From the IMG/VR virus record IMGVR_UViG_3300027196_000008, positions 1-38,074 of that record: 38,074 nucleotides of DNA; one strand, 5' to 3'. Positions 24,937-33,887 of this stretch are shown in pieces. Position 1 is the first letter of the stretch; the number at the start of each line of letters is the position of its first letter. This DNA comes from a virus. Its lineage: Duplodnaviria; Caudoviricetes. The notes beneath the pieces are model-generated. The model saw only the letters and a program-made list of their open reading frames with translations, did no database searches and was not told the origin of the DNA. Both the position numbers and the translations under genes were made by a program.

Positions 24937-25725
24937 TTATAAATTATATCTAGCATAAGCTTTAACAGGCCCATACTCTAAAGTGTCTTTGTTAAACACA
25001 AAGCCCCAGCACCATACAACGTCACAGTCCGTGTGTGTGGTTGGTGGTAATGGATACGACAATCCTTTATCAGCGCAAAACTCACGTATGAGCTTAGGTG
25101 TGGCGTATGCGTAGTAATCCACCCAGTCGCTAGTGGTTCCGTCCTGACTGTGAGTGGCGGCATAGAAGTTACCATCGTTGTATGGTAGGTCAGGAGTTTC
25201 ACCATCGTACAGTTTAAAAACTACTTTGAGCATTATTTCCTTAGTTTCAGAATCAAACTTGAAACCATGCCAATCCATAAGGTTTGTGGTTGGGTAAGAT
25301 GTTCCAAATTCAAGTAATAGCTTTTCACTAGGAACCTGTCCGAAGTTGTAGAAGCTCAAACCACCGTTAGCATATGGCTCCCTGTATGGGGTATACCTTC
25401 CTATGATATTGAACTCCCACCTTAACCAATCCTGATAGTCAGGAAAGCTCGCCTGTAGTTCTTCAGCCATCAATTGCGCCTCTGTCGTACCAGTAGAGTA
25501 GTCCTGACGAACTATCTGCTTGTCACAGTAGACATCATCTCTACATTGGACTGGTTTAAACTTGCTCAACGCTGTATGCAAAAGCGCGTCGTCAATAGCA
25601 AGCTGTACTTCAGCCTCAGTTCTGTTACCTATGGGTACTTCAATGTACAGATTTTCCTTAGCTACACAGGCGAACTCTGTATCTGATTCCATTTCGTCTG
25701 TTTTTTTTGTATATAATCTTTCCAT
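24937..25725 (-). CDS. hypothetical protein in the tail-fibre module (262 aa, acidic and aromatic-rich)
   Basis: TAATG coupling to the upstream gene and GGAG Shine-Dalgarno. No recognisable family. Confidence 0.7.
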   Translation of the reverse strand: MERLYTKKTDEMESDTEFACVAKENLYIEVPIGNRTEAEVQLAIDDALLHTALSKFKPVQCRDDVYCDKQIVRQDYSTGTTEAQLMAEELQASFPDYQDWLRWEFNIIGRYTPYREPYANGGLSFYNFGQVPSEKLLLEFGTSYPTTNLMDWHGFKFDSETKEIMLKVVFKLYDGETPDLPYNDGNFYAATHSQDGTTSDWVDYYAYATPKLIREFCADKGLSYPLPPTTHTDCDVVWCWGFVFNKDTLEYGPVKAYARYNL

Positions 25726-26267
25726 TATGAGAACTCCACTGCAACACTTGATCCGGTTGATCCGAACGGACTACTTGTAGTTGACCACGACCAGTTAGTT
25801 ACCGTACTATTGTTTGAATAAGTTGCTGATGTTCTGGTGTAGGTTGTTGATCCTACTTTCATACTTGTCCATCCACTATTAGCTCTTACCCCACTTACGG
25901 TTAGATACACCCGGTTGAGTACACTTGATCCGGTGCTGTTAGCACCCAGCCAAGCTAATATGACGATTGAGGCGTTACTTACTGGGTTCAGTGTTCCATC
26001 TGAAATAGAACCTACTGATAAAGTTGAGTCAAAGCCCCTTGTCTGAAACGTGTACAAGGATGGGGCTAGGTAGCCGACTGTTACAGTCTGAGTATCTAGC
26101 AGGTTACTGGCCCCATAGAATTGGGAAAAACTGGAAGTAGCCCCACTAGCTTTTCCTATTAGGGAACGCACATCGCTGTCGTTTAGACTTACAATTGTGC
26201 CAGACTGTCCACCAGCTTCAACGTGCATTTGATTAAGACTAATCGCGCCTGAAGTTGGTAGAGTCAT
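25725..26267 (-). CDS. putative tail-fibre tip/adhesin (180 aa)
   Basis: N-terminal TLP.SG.ISL..E motif typical of proteins that follow S74-containing fibres. Ser/Thr/Gly-rich beta body. AGGAGG Shine-Dalgarno. Confidence 0.65.
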   Translation of the reverse strand: MTLPTSGAISLNQMHVEAGGQSGTIVSLNDSDVRSLIGKASGATSSFSQFYGASNLLDTQTVTVGYLAPSLYTFQTRGFDSTLSVGSISDGTLNPVSNASIVILAWLGANSTGSSVLNRVYLTVSGVRANSGWTSMKVGSTTYTRTSATYSNNSTVTNWSWSTTSSPFGSTGSSVAVEFS

Positions 26268-29200
26268 CAGTCACCTCCTTTAAGTTGTGAAACCTCTGCT
26301 TTAAGTTCTTTAATGGACTCTACTAGCAAGGCGATCACTGCGTTGTAATCTACAGTCTTAGTACCGTCCTCTGACTCAGAGACAGCTTCGGGTAATACAA
26401 CTTCAACCTCTTGAGCAATGACACCTGCGTAGCGTCTCTCAGGGTCTTTGTCGAGTAAGTCATTACGCTGGTAAGTGTTACCACTAAGGGTGCTTACTTT
26501 TTCTAAGGCACCTTCGATTGGTTGGATGTCATCCTTTAATCGTCTATCAGAATAAGCAGTTACGTTACCTGTGGCAGTAAAGTGACCTGCGTCATCAAAG
26601 GTAAAGCGAGTTGTAGTTGTGTCACGGATGTAGAAGTTATTACCTCCAGAATTCAAATCCATGTAGAAATGGGTTCCGCTAAAGAACATCTCAACGTCAT
26701 CGCCAGTTCCGAAACGCAGGATGTCACTGTCAGCAAGATCAATTGCATTTCTAACACTTAGGATTCCGCTAACGGTCATGTTTCCCGGCACAGTTACGGC
26801 AGTGTCATTAACTTCTAGACGCTCCGAGCCGCCCGTAACAACACGCCACTGATTAGCCGCATGAAACTGCATGTATGTGTCGGTGTCACCTTCGCCAAAA
26901 ATCTGATCGACACCCAAAATGTCAAAGTTGTTCATGTCTAGCTGGGAGTTACCAGCCCTTCGCATAAACGTACCTTCAGATAGACCATCTAAAAGATCAG
27001 CATCTAAGCCTGAACCTGTACCATCAACAGTTTTAATCGCTGTCAGAATTTCTGCCGCTGTTTGGTCTGCGGTAGCACCTGTCTCTATGCCGTTTAGCTT
27101 AGTATGATCCGCATCTGTAAAAACATTAGAATCTGTAGCTGCTTCAACGGCTGCTCTAATTTCTGCATCTGTTTGATCTGCTGTTGCGCTTGCTTCTATG
27201 CCGTCTAGCTTCGTGTTATCAGCAGAGGTAAAGTTTATTTCAGTAAGTCCACCATCACCAACTGAATATGTTGTGTTAGTATCTGTCCAAGGAACATTAA
27301 CAACACCTTGGTTTGCGCTGTTTAATTGAAGGCCATAAGTTCTTGAAGCAGTAGTAGTTACACTATTTGCAGCCACACTTTGATCTGTATTACTAAATAA
27401 TTCAATGCCTCCTAAAACTGAATCAGTAGCTACTGAAATAGAAGATGAATCAACATAAGCTTTAGTAGCTGCGTCTTGAGCCGATGTAGGATCTGTAACG
27501 CCAGTGATCTTGTTAGATCCCATAGCAATATCACCAGACATTGTGCCTCCAGCTAGAGGAAGTTTAGCAGCTATACTATTTGTTACAGTTGTAGAAAAAT
27601 TAGCATCATCACCTAAAGCAGCAGCTAATTCGTTTAAAGTATTTAAAGCTGCGGGAGCAGAGTCAACAACCCCAGCTACTTCTGTATCAACATAAGCTTT
27701 TGTAGCTACATCTTGGTTGGCTGTAGGATCTCCTGCTCCAGTAATTTTTGAAGTTCCCATAGCAATCTCGCCAGACATAGTTCCACCAGCTTTAGGAAGT
27801 GCTGCGTTTGCCGTGTTTGTGGTGGTAGTTAGCACCCCATCTCTTGTTGCAATATCAACACCGTCAAAAGTGCTGTTAGTTGTTATAGCTCCAGTCATTG
27901 CACCGCCAGATTTAGGCAAAGCATTTGCAGCCAAAGTTCCTTGAGCAGCCGTAGCATAATCAGAAGAGTCAAAAGCTTTAACTTGTGCTAGGTTAGTAAC
28001 TTCACTATCCATTAATGCGCCAGCGGCTGTAACATTAGTAGTATCAGTTACATCTGCGCTTGCTTCAATTGCATTAAGCTTTGTATGGTCTGCATCTGTA
28101 AATACATTTGAATCTGTTGCAGCTTCAACGGCTGCACGAATCTCTGCATCTGTCTGATCTGCGGTTGCAGAAGCCTCTATTCCGTCTAGTTTAGTACCAT
28201 CAGCAGCTACATCACGACCATCAATAGTACCATCAGTAGTTAAGTTCCCTGAAATTGTAGGAGCAGTGAGAGTTTTATTAGTAAGCGTTTGAGTTCCTGT
28301 GAGAGTAGCTACAGTGCTATCAATCGCTACAGTAAGAGTATTAGTAGCTCCAGAGGTGTCAATACCCGCACCGCCCGCTACTGTTAGAGTTTCTGAGTCT
28401 AAATCAATATTTAAAGCACCACCTGAATCTCCTTGGAAATCCAAGTCTTGTGCTGTTACTTGAGCATCTACATAAGTTTTTACAGCTTTAGCAGAAGGAA
28501 GCGTATCGTCAGAGCTTGACACACTAGAAATATCAGTATCTAATACACCTGACTTTAAATTATCAACTTCGAGGTTTTGAATAGTGTTATTATCAGCATT
28601 AATAGTTTTATTAGTAAGTGTCTGCGTTCCAGTAAGTGTTGTAACTGTACCGTCAATAGCAAGAGTTACACCGTTACCAGATGCAGTAGAAGTGATTCCT
28701 GTTCCTCCTAAAATGCTTAGAGTTTCAGAATCTAAATCAATTGCAATAACAGTTGTACCATCAGTAAGGTCAAGATCTTGGGCAGTAACTTGAGCATCTA
28801 CATAAGCTTTAATAGATTGTTGAGTAGCTAAAGCAGTATCAGAATCAGAAGACATGTTATCTTCATTAAGAATAGTAGTTACAGTTGATCCTGACGTAAG
28901 AACTAAAGCATCAATATTAGCAGTTCCGTTTAAAAATAAATCTTTAAACTGAACACTAGAGCTACCTAAATCGACATCATTGTCAGTTACAGGAACTACT
29001 GCACCATCTTCAACTCTAACTTGTTCTATTGCACTGCCACCTACTTCAATAAAAAAGCCAACACGGTTGTTAGCTGTATCTACAACAATTTTATTTAAAA
29101 AGTCTTGGTCGCCTATTGTATGAATATGACCACCTTGGCCCGCAGAACCATCATGTTGATGTCCTGTTGTTCCAGAAGTTGTATATGAAAATGCGCTTAC

Positions 29201-29290
29201 AATTTGATTGTATTCATTATTAAACAGACCCGCAGTGATTGTATCACCGTCTGTTAATGTGCTTTGTCTTGTATAGCTCGTACCTGCCAT
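26267..29290 (-). CDS. tail fibre with C-terminal intramolecular chaperone (peptidase S74-like)
   Basis: N-terminal anchor GH.HDG. Repeats K.YVD, TQTLTNKT, LP.AGGTM.G, TL.ELA.AL.DD.NF and GLDAD.LDG. Autocleavage signature YSDRRLKDDI and G.IAQEV. Confidence 0.92.
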   Translation of the reverse strand: MAGTSYTRQSTLTDGDTITAGLFNNEYNQIVSAFSYTTSGTTGHQHDGSAGQGGHIHTIGDQDFLNKIVVDTANNRVGFFIEVGGSAIEQVRVEDGAVVPVTDNDVDLGSSSVQFKDLFLNGTANIDALVLTSGSTVTTILNEDNMSSDSDTALATQQSIKAYVDAQVTAQDLDLTDGTTVIAIDLDSETLSILGGTGITSTASGNGVTLAIDGTVTTLTGTQTLTNKTINADNNTIQNLEVDNLKSGVLDTDISSVSSSDDTLPSAKAVKTYVDAQVTAQDLDFQGDSGGALNIDLDSETLTVAGGAGIDTSGATNTLTVAIDSTVATLTGTQTLTNKTLTAPTISGNLTTDGTIDGRDVAADGTKLDGIEASATADQTDAEIRAAVEAATDSNVFTDADHTKLNAIEASADVTDTTNVTAAGALMDSEVTNLAQVKAFDSSDYATAAQGTLAANALPKSGGAMTGAITTNSTFDGVDIATRDGVLTTTTNTANAALPKAGGTMSGEIAMGTSKITGAGDPTANQDVATKAYVDTEVAGVVDSAPAALNTLNELAAALGDDANFSTTVTNSIAAKLPLAGGTMSGDIAMGSNKITGVTDPTSAQDAATKAYVDSSSISVATDSVLGGIELFSNTDQSVAANSVTTTASRTYGLQLNSANQGVVNVPWTDTNTTYSVGDGGLTEINFTSADNTKLDGIEASATADQTDAEIRAAVEAATDSNVFTDADHTKLNGIETGATADQTAAEILTAIKTVDGTGSGLDADLLDGLSEGTFMRRAGNSQLDMNNFDILGVDQIFGEGDTDTYMQFHAANQWRVVTGGSERLEVNDTAVTVPGNMTVSGILSVRNAIDLADSDILRFGTGDDVEMFFSGTHFYMDLNSGGNNFYIRDTTTTRFTFDDAGHFTATGNVTAYSDRRLKDDIQPIEGALEKVSTLSGNTYQRNDLLDKDPERRYAGVIAQEVEVVLPEAVSESEDGTKTVDYNAVIALLVESIKELKAEVSQLKGGD
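27092..27214 (-). repeat. tail-fibre internal repeat, copy 2 (41 aa TKLDGIEAS...DHTKLN)
   Basis: Peptide identical to that encoded by 28073-28195. Confidence 0.92.
28073..28195 (-). repeat. tail-fibre internal repeat, copy 1 (41 aa)
   Basis: Peptide identical to that encoded by 27092-27214, with many synonymous differences. Confidence 0.92.
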
Positions 29291-29294
29291 TTGG

Positions 29295-30896
29295 TTATCT
29301 CCTGCCCGATGGAACGTAATTAATATATAAACCGTTTATTGAATAAGATGCCTTTTTATCTAAACTGCTAATTCTAAAACTAACAGCATGTCCACTACCT
29401 TCAAGTGCTTGTCTTACCATTGGATCATTACTTGCTCCAAAGACTCCTGTACCGAATAAAGAAGTACCAAAAGTAGCTGGCAAAGGTATTGTAGCTAACG
29501 GATAATCAGATGGTTGAGGAATATTAGGATCTTCATAATCATACCTAACTCTTAAAGTAGGGCTTACTCCCCCTTCAGGAGACACAGAAATTTTAGCATA
29601 GTGCATTGTTTTTCGCGTACCCACATCACCAAAATCAAAATTAGGTGTAATGTATTGAGCATCTATATTTTGTTCTGCTCCTGAAGATAAAAAAGAGGAT
29701 CCAATATCGTGATTATAAATATAGCCGTCTTTATCTCCATGATATATTTGTTCTATATTTTCTTCATCAAAACCACTGTCAAGCCCTAAAGCTTGAATAC
29801 CTTTTGTTTCAGAAAACTCAAAACCGTTTGCTGTTAAAGTTCCTATAATTCCTTTAGCATCTGCTACATTTCCTGTAGCTGGGGAATAAAATAAACGATA
29901 TTGTGATTTTTTTCTTAATACTGCACTTGTTATTACATGTGTATCTATTAATGTTGCTAAGTTTGAAATAAGATCTTGTACTTGTCTACTTACAGATCCT
30001 AATTCAACATCTCCGATTCTTGCAGTACCCGCAACTGAACGAATACCGTCAGGACTTAAAAATACTAAGTCACCGCCAATTTCTTGAACACTGTGAGAAC
30101 TTAAACAACCAACATTTTTAGTTATTGGAACTACTGCAATATTAGAAGAGTCATTAATATTAATAAGTTTATGTATACTATTTTTACAAAAAACCATTAA
30201 GTCATTACGAAAACTTTTAATTGCTACTACTTGGTCACTTAGCTTTATGCTTCCTGCTCCAGCACCAGTAAAGTTATTTGGCTCAAAATTATGACTATAA
30301 TAAATAGTATTTTTATTTTCTGAAGTTCCTGAAACTACTAAATGATGATCATGTATTGCACAAACATCAGGAGCTTCAGTGCTATTTACAGTTATTTCTT
30401 CAGCAAAAAAAGTACGAGTATTTAAATCACCTGTACCTGTCATGTAAAAATAATAAGGTTTATTTGCACCATCGCAAATAATTAATGCTCCATAATCTGT
30501 ATTACCTTCAAACACCGCAAAAGATGTTTGTTTTTGTCCTGATCTAGTTAAAACACTTCGTCCTGTAAATGTAGAATAATTATCTCCAGAACTATGTACA
30601 CCAGATCTATTAATTTGTAACCAGCTATTGCCATCAACACTAAAATATATATTTGTGCCAGAACAAACAACTACACCGTCTGCATATACTTGAATACCTA
30701 AAACTCTATTACTGCCGTTGGGTCGTGTAGAACCGAAAGCTGTAAAACCATTAATTCGTCTATAACCACCGTCAGGGTCTACTTCAAAGTTTTGTAACTT
30801 TGTAGCAAGTCCCGGCTGTGAGAGCATTTCAAGCTGATTAAGATTAGTGTTTAATCCACCTTTGCATGAAATACCAAAAGGTTGTGAAGCTGCCAT
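29295..30896 (-). CDS. tail nozzle / tail tubular protein B-like
   Basis: N-terminal GGLN...N.E...GGYRR..G, beta-propeller-like composition, VGC.....QE.GGDL.FL..DG.R. Positioned between adaptor and fibre. Confidence 0.8.
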   Translation of the reverse strand: MAASQPFGISCKGGLNTNLNQLEMLSQPGLATKLQNFEVDPDGGYRRINGFTAFGSTRPNGSNRVLGIQVYADGVVVCSGTNIYFSVDGNSWLQINRSGVHSSGDNYSTFTGRSVLTRSGQKQTSFAVFEGNTDYGALIICDGANKPYYFYMTGTGDLNTRTFFAEEITVNSTEAPDVCAIHDHHLVVSGTSENKNTIYYSHNFEPNNFTGAGAGSIKLSDQVVAIKSFRNDLMVFCKNSIHKLININDSSNIAVVPITKNVGCLSSHSVQEIGGDLVFLSPDGIRSVAGTARIGDVELGSVSRQVQDLISNLATLIDTHVITSAVLRKKSQYRLFYSPATGNVADAKGIIGTLTANGFEFSETKGIQALGLDSGFDEENIEQIYHGDKDGYIYNHDIGSSFLSSGAEQNIDAQYITPNFDFGDVGTRKTMHYAKISVSPEGGVSPTLRVRYDYEDPNIPQPSDYPLATIPLPATFGTSLFGTGVFGASNDPMVRQALEGSGHAVSFRISSLDKKASYSINGLYINYVPSGRR

Positions 30897-30897
30897 A

Positions 30898-31668
30898 TTA
30901 TACGAATCTCATTCGATCATCTTTAAAATACGCAGGAGTAGGCTCTAATAAATTAGACCTCATGCTACGCAAGCCTTTTTTGTAATCGTCTAATGCAAAC
31001 GCTGCTGCTTGTGGATTATCTTTAAATTGATGTATGTAATATCTAGCTCTTGATAATAAAACAGAACTGTATACTTCAGGAAAAACTAAAGTGTCTGTAG
31101 CACTCGATAGTTTTGTAGGAAGGCTCCATGCAAAAAACCAAATACGATAAACTTTATCTGGTATTGGACTTAATCCAAATTTTCTAGCATCTGGGCTTCT
31201 AGTAACAGCATTAGGAACGCCATAGTTTTGAGTGTTTGCATCATCTAAATTTTCAGAAACTCTCCGAAAATCTTTAAATTCTTCTGTGGTAATATAACGT
31301 AAATTACGCCCTTCAAAGGGAGCAGATTCACCGCTAACACCTACAGTTGTGAGATAAAAGTTATCCCAATCTATTGAACCATAATCAGTAGTAATAGAAC
31401 TACTTGCAGGTTTCAATTCATAATATCTTTGTCCGACTACTGTTTCTACATATACGTTTCCGTACATAGGATCTACATCACCGCTTTCAGTAACTGCTAA
31501 ATAAGGCCATTGCGGTTCTTCATTAATTATATCAAAGTACGCACGATTTACAGAATCTTTAACATGTTGTTGAACGCCAATAGAAGCAGCAAAATTTCCT
31601 GCTGTTAAAGGAACTTCGTTTAGTTCGCGGAGAAGCTCATTTGTTAAATCTAAATAACTTGTTGACAT
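30898..31668 (-). CDS. tail adaptor / tail tubular protein A-like
   Basis: YL.L.N..L..LNE, W-P-Y/F and P.PD..Y motifs. Positioned downstream of the capsid gene. Confidence 0.78.
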   Translation of the reverse strand: MSTSYLDLTNELLRELNEVPLTAGNFAASIGVQQHVKDSVNRAYFDIINEEPQWPYLAVTESGDVDPMYGNVYVETVVGQRYYELKPASSSITTDYGSIDWDNFYLTTVGVSGESAPFEGRNLRYITTEEFKDFRRVSENLDDANTQNYGVPNAVTRSPDARKFGLSPIPDKVYRIWFFAWSLPTKLSSATDTLVFPEVYSSVLLSRARYYIHQFKDNPQAAAFALDDYKKGLRSMRSNLLEPTPAYFKDDRMRFV

Positions 31669-31670
31669 AA

Positions 31671-31838
31671 TTACTGTGCCTTTGATTTAGTTTCATCTTT
31701 TCTAAAGATAGCATCATAGTTATCTTCATATTTTTTCTTATTTTCTTTTGTGTACCAACTTCCTGTATCGCCTAAAATCTTTCCAGTTTTTTTGCCTTTA
31801 ATCATTATAGGCTTTGCATTACTTCCAACTTGAGGCAT
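31671..31838 (-). CDS. small hypothetical protein, 55 aa (MPQVGSNAKP...KKKYEDNYDAIFRK...)
   Basis: Read manually. Strong AAGGAG Shine-Dalgarno. Fills the gap between the terminator and the adaptor gene. Confidence 0.75.
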   Translation of the reverse strand: MPQVGSNAKPIMIKGKKTGKILGDTGSWYTKENKKKYEDNYDAIFRKDETKSKAQ

Positions 31839-31850
31839 TTATTTCTCCTT

Positions 31851-31883
31851 AAAAAGTGCGGGGGCTTTTACACCCCCGACTTT
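31851..31883 (-). terminator. rho-independent terminator after the major capsid gene
   Basis: On the - strand: AAAGT-CGGGGG-TGTAAAAG-CCCCCG-CACTTTTT. Confidence 0.8.
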
Positions 31884-31893
31884 AATTTACAGC

Positions 31894-32868
31894 TTAGTCT
31901 ATACCGTAGAAGGCAGATACTAGAGCTTCAGGTCGTAGAACCTCTGCTCCAAATACATGCAGACCACGACAGATGTCACCAAAGCTATCTGGATCACGAA
32001 TGACCTCAGTGCTAGTGATAGTCTGTGCAGTTGCAGTAGAACTAACGTGACCAGCAAGGATCTTGCCAGCAGCGTTAGTAGTAGCTGCAATGTTGTTAGA
32101 CTTATACATGTCAAAGCCACGCAGCTTGCCTGAAGAAACCAGACCGTTGCGGATAGAGCCTTGACCAGCGTTAAAGTCTACAGACATCAACTTAGAGCTT
32201 GCTTGTGAAAGCTGCTCGTAGAAGCTAGGCGGTGCTAGGAACCAACGACCTTCTTCTGGCACGTTTTGCTCGTCAAGTAGACGGGCCATGTGAGCCATAA
32301 CATCCAAAGGATCGTGTTCGCCAGAACCTTGACCAATATCCAAGTTACCAGTACCATCAAAAGTACCGCCAGCTAGGTCAGTTGTGCTGTCAGAACCAAG
32401 GACATGGTTAGGAGTAGCAGCCGATACACCAGCAAACATCTCAGCAATTACAGCAGAATCGAAAGCATCACGCAGAGCGTAAGCAGCCGATGAAGATGCA
32501 ACTTCTTTGAAGTTTACATGAGACATAGAAGTTTCGATATCGTCAACGATAAACTTAAAAGCGTTAGCGTTGTCAACAACCAAATTAACTTCTTGGTCAG
32601 TTAGCTTAGTAGCTGTAGTGTCGCTGCCACGGGTGTAAGCAGAAACAGAAATTACAGGCTCTTTGATGATCTTTACAGAGTCACCGAAAGCAGTAATTTC
32701 ACCAGCATAGTCAGTGTTAGTGATTGCTTCACATACAGAAGCTTTACGGAAGAAGTTTAGAACCTTCTTTGAGTAAACTGCTGGAAGGAAGTACGAGTTA
32801 GTTTGGCCTGTGACACTGTTTGCAAAGTTAGCATTAGTATCTGTGCCGGGTTCAAAATATTGAGCCAT
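31894..32868 (-). CDS. major capsid protein (HK97 fold)
   Basis: F.P..YS.K....F, TN.DY.GEI...GD.V.I, LDEQ.VP..GR, and R....FGD..RGLH.FG motifs. Strong codon bias and AGGAGA Shine-Dalgarno. Confidence 0.92.
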   Translation of the reverse strand: MAQYFEPGTDTNANFANSVTGQTNSYFLPAVYSKKVLNFFRKASVCEAITNTDYAGEITAFGDSVKIIKEPVISVSAYTRGSDTTATKLTDQEVNLVVDNANAFKFIVDDIETSMSHVNFKEVASSSAAYALRDAFDSAVIAEMFAGVSAATPNHVLGSDSTTDLAGGTFDGTGNLDIGQGSGEHDPLDVMAHMARLLDEQNVPEEGRWFLAPPSFYEQLSQASSKLMSVDFNAGQGSIRNGLVSSGKLRGFDMYKSNNIAATTNAAGKILAGHVSSTATAQTITSTEVIRDPDSFGDICRGLHVFGAEVLRPEALVSAFYGID

Positions 32869-32898
32869 GTTATATTCTCCTAAAAAGACATTAAATTA

Positions 32899-33753
32899 TT
32901 ATGGGATTACTCTGCCTTCCATAATGGCTTGATCAATTTCACTTTCATATTTGTCAAATTGAGCCATCGAAAGTTTAGAGATTTCCCGTTGAGTCCACAC
33001 CTTCGGTTGTTTTGCATCCACTGCATTTGTTTTAGTAGAAACAAAATCAGCCGCTGATGAAGTAGGTTGCGACTTTTTGTTCTTAGCAGACTTAGTAGAA
33101 CTGAGTCCTGTCTCCAACTTATAAAGATCAATTGCTTTAATGGCTAAAGGTACATTATCTGGGTTGTTATAGATCCAGCCTTGAATTTGTTCTGGCTGTT
33201 CTTTGGCCCATTCGTGAAAACGATCATCGCCTCTTATTTCGTCAAAATCGGGATGCCTATCATGTAGGGCTGTTTCAGCTTCTCTACGTGTTATAGCAGC
33301 TTCTCTTTCTTCGATAACAGAAAGCTTTGATTTTATCTGCTCTAGTTGTTGTTCACTTTGTAGGTGAGCAACACTTTCAACAGTTTCATATAGATCAGGA
33401 TATTGGCTTTTAAATTGTTCAAGATCTTCAAGTGACTTAGGCGGTGCGTAAGCAGGTTGTTGCTCCATAGCCGCTGCTTGTAACTCTAGTTCTCGTTGTT
33501 TAAAATCTGAAATCTTTTGATCATAATGCTTTTTTAAATCATCATAGCGTTTTTTATAGTTAGTTCTTTTTGCTGATGTTTCTTCAACTTCTTCAGGGGC
33601 CGCGCTGCGGGTAGCCTGTGTTTCAGATCTATCATCATAAAACAGCCCATCTGCACTTCCTCTACTTGGAGCATCTGGTACATGCCAGTCCTTTCGTGAA
33701 TTGTACGGATTAGGTGCTTGTTCTTCAGTTATACTTTCAATTGCTTCGGACAT
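32899..33753 (-). CDS. capsid scaffolding protein
   Basis: YKKRYDDLK.H coiled coil, HPDF, F..W...QP and C-terminal EI..A..EGR. Directly upstream of the capsid gene. ATG 33753 lies 10 nt after AGGAG. Confidence 0.85.
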   Translation of the reverse strand: MSEAIESITEEQAPNPYNSRKDWHVPDAPSRGSADGLFYDDRSETQATRSAAPEEVEETSAKRTNYKKRYDDLKKHYDQKISDFKQRELELQAAAMEQQPAYAPPKSLEDLEQFKSQYPDLYETVESVAHLQSEQQLEQIKSKLSVIEEREAAITRREAETALHDRHPDFDEIRGDDRFHEWAKEQPEQIQGWIYNNPDNVPLAIKAIDLYKLETGLSSTKSAKNKKSQPTSSAADFVSTKTNAVDAKQPKVWTQREISKLSMAQFDKYESEIDQAIMEGRVIP

Positions 33754-33771
33754 AATCGTCACACTCCTTTT

Positions 33772-33887
33772 GGGGCTTGCTAGTCTTTCAAGGTGGCTTC
33801 GTTGTTCGCGTTTACAACAAAGGGTCTTGATACTTCAAGGTGGCCTCTAGGTTTATAAAGTGATAAGGGGTCTAAAATAGAGTGGCC
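33772..33887 (-). promoter_or_regulatory. three tandem GCCAC-[hairpin]-CCC elements in the scaffold 5' leader
   Basis: Copies at 33867-33887, 33822-33845 and 33772-33797. Flanks are conserved, while the stems differ in sequence but remain self-complementary. Confidence 0.65.

Noticed and set aside
27092-28195. Fibre repeats as a diversity-generating retroelement TR/VR pair
   Set aside because: No reverse transcriptase is present, and the differences are synonymous and not adenine-specific.
15013-28793. Many + strand ORFs antisense to the structural genes, and - strand ORFs within the replication arm
   Set aside because: They are shadow frames of long genes, with no protein-like motifs or operon context.
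31884-31920. Programmed frameshift or readthrough extension of the major capsid protein
   Set aside because: No slippery heptamer precedes the TAA, and another in-frame stop and the terminator follow closely.
33772-33887. Repeats interpreted as a mini-CRISPR array
   Set aside because: The conserved parts are only ~5 nt flanks, the units differ in length and sequence, and no cas operon is present.
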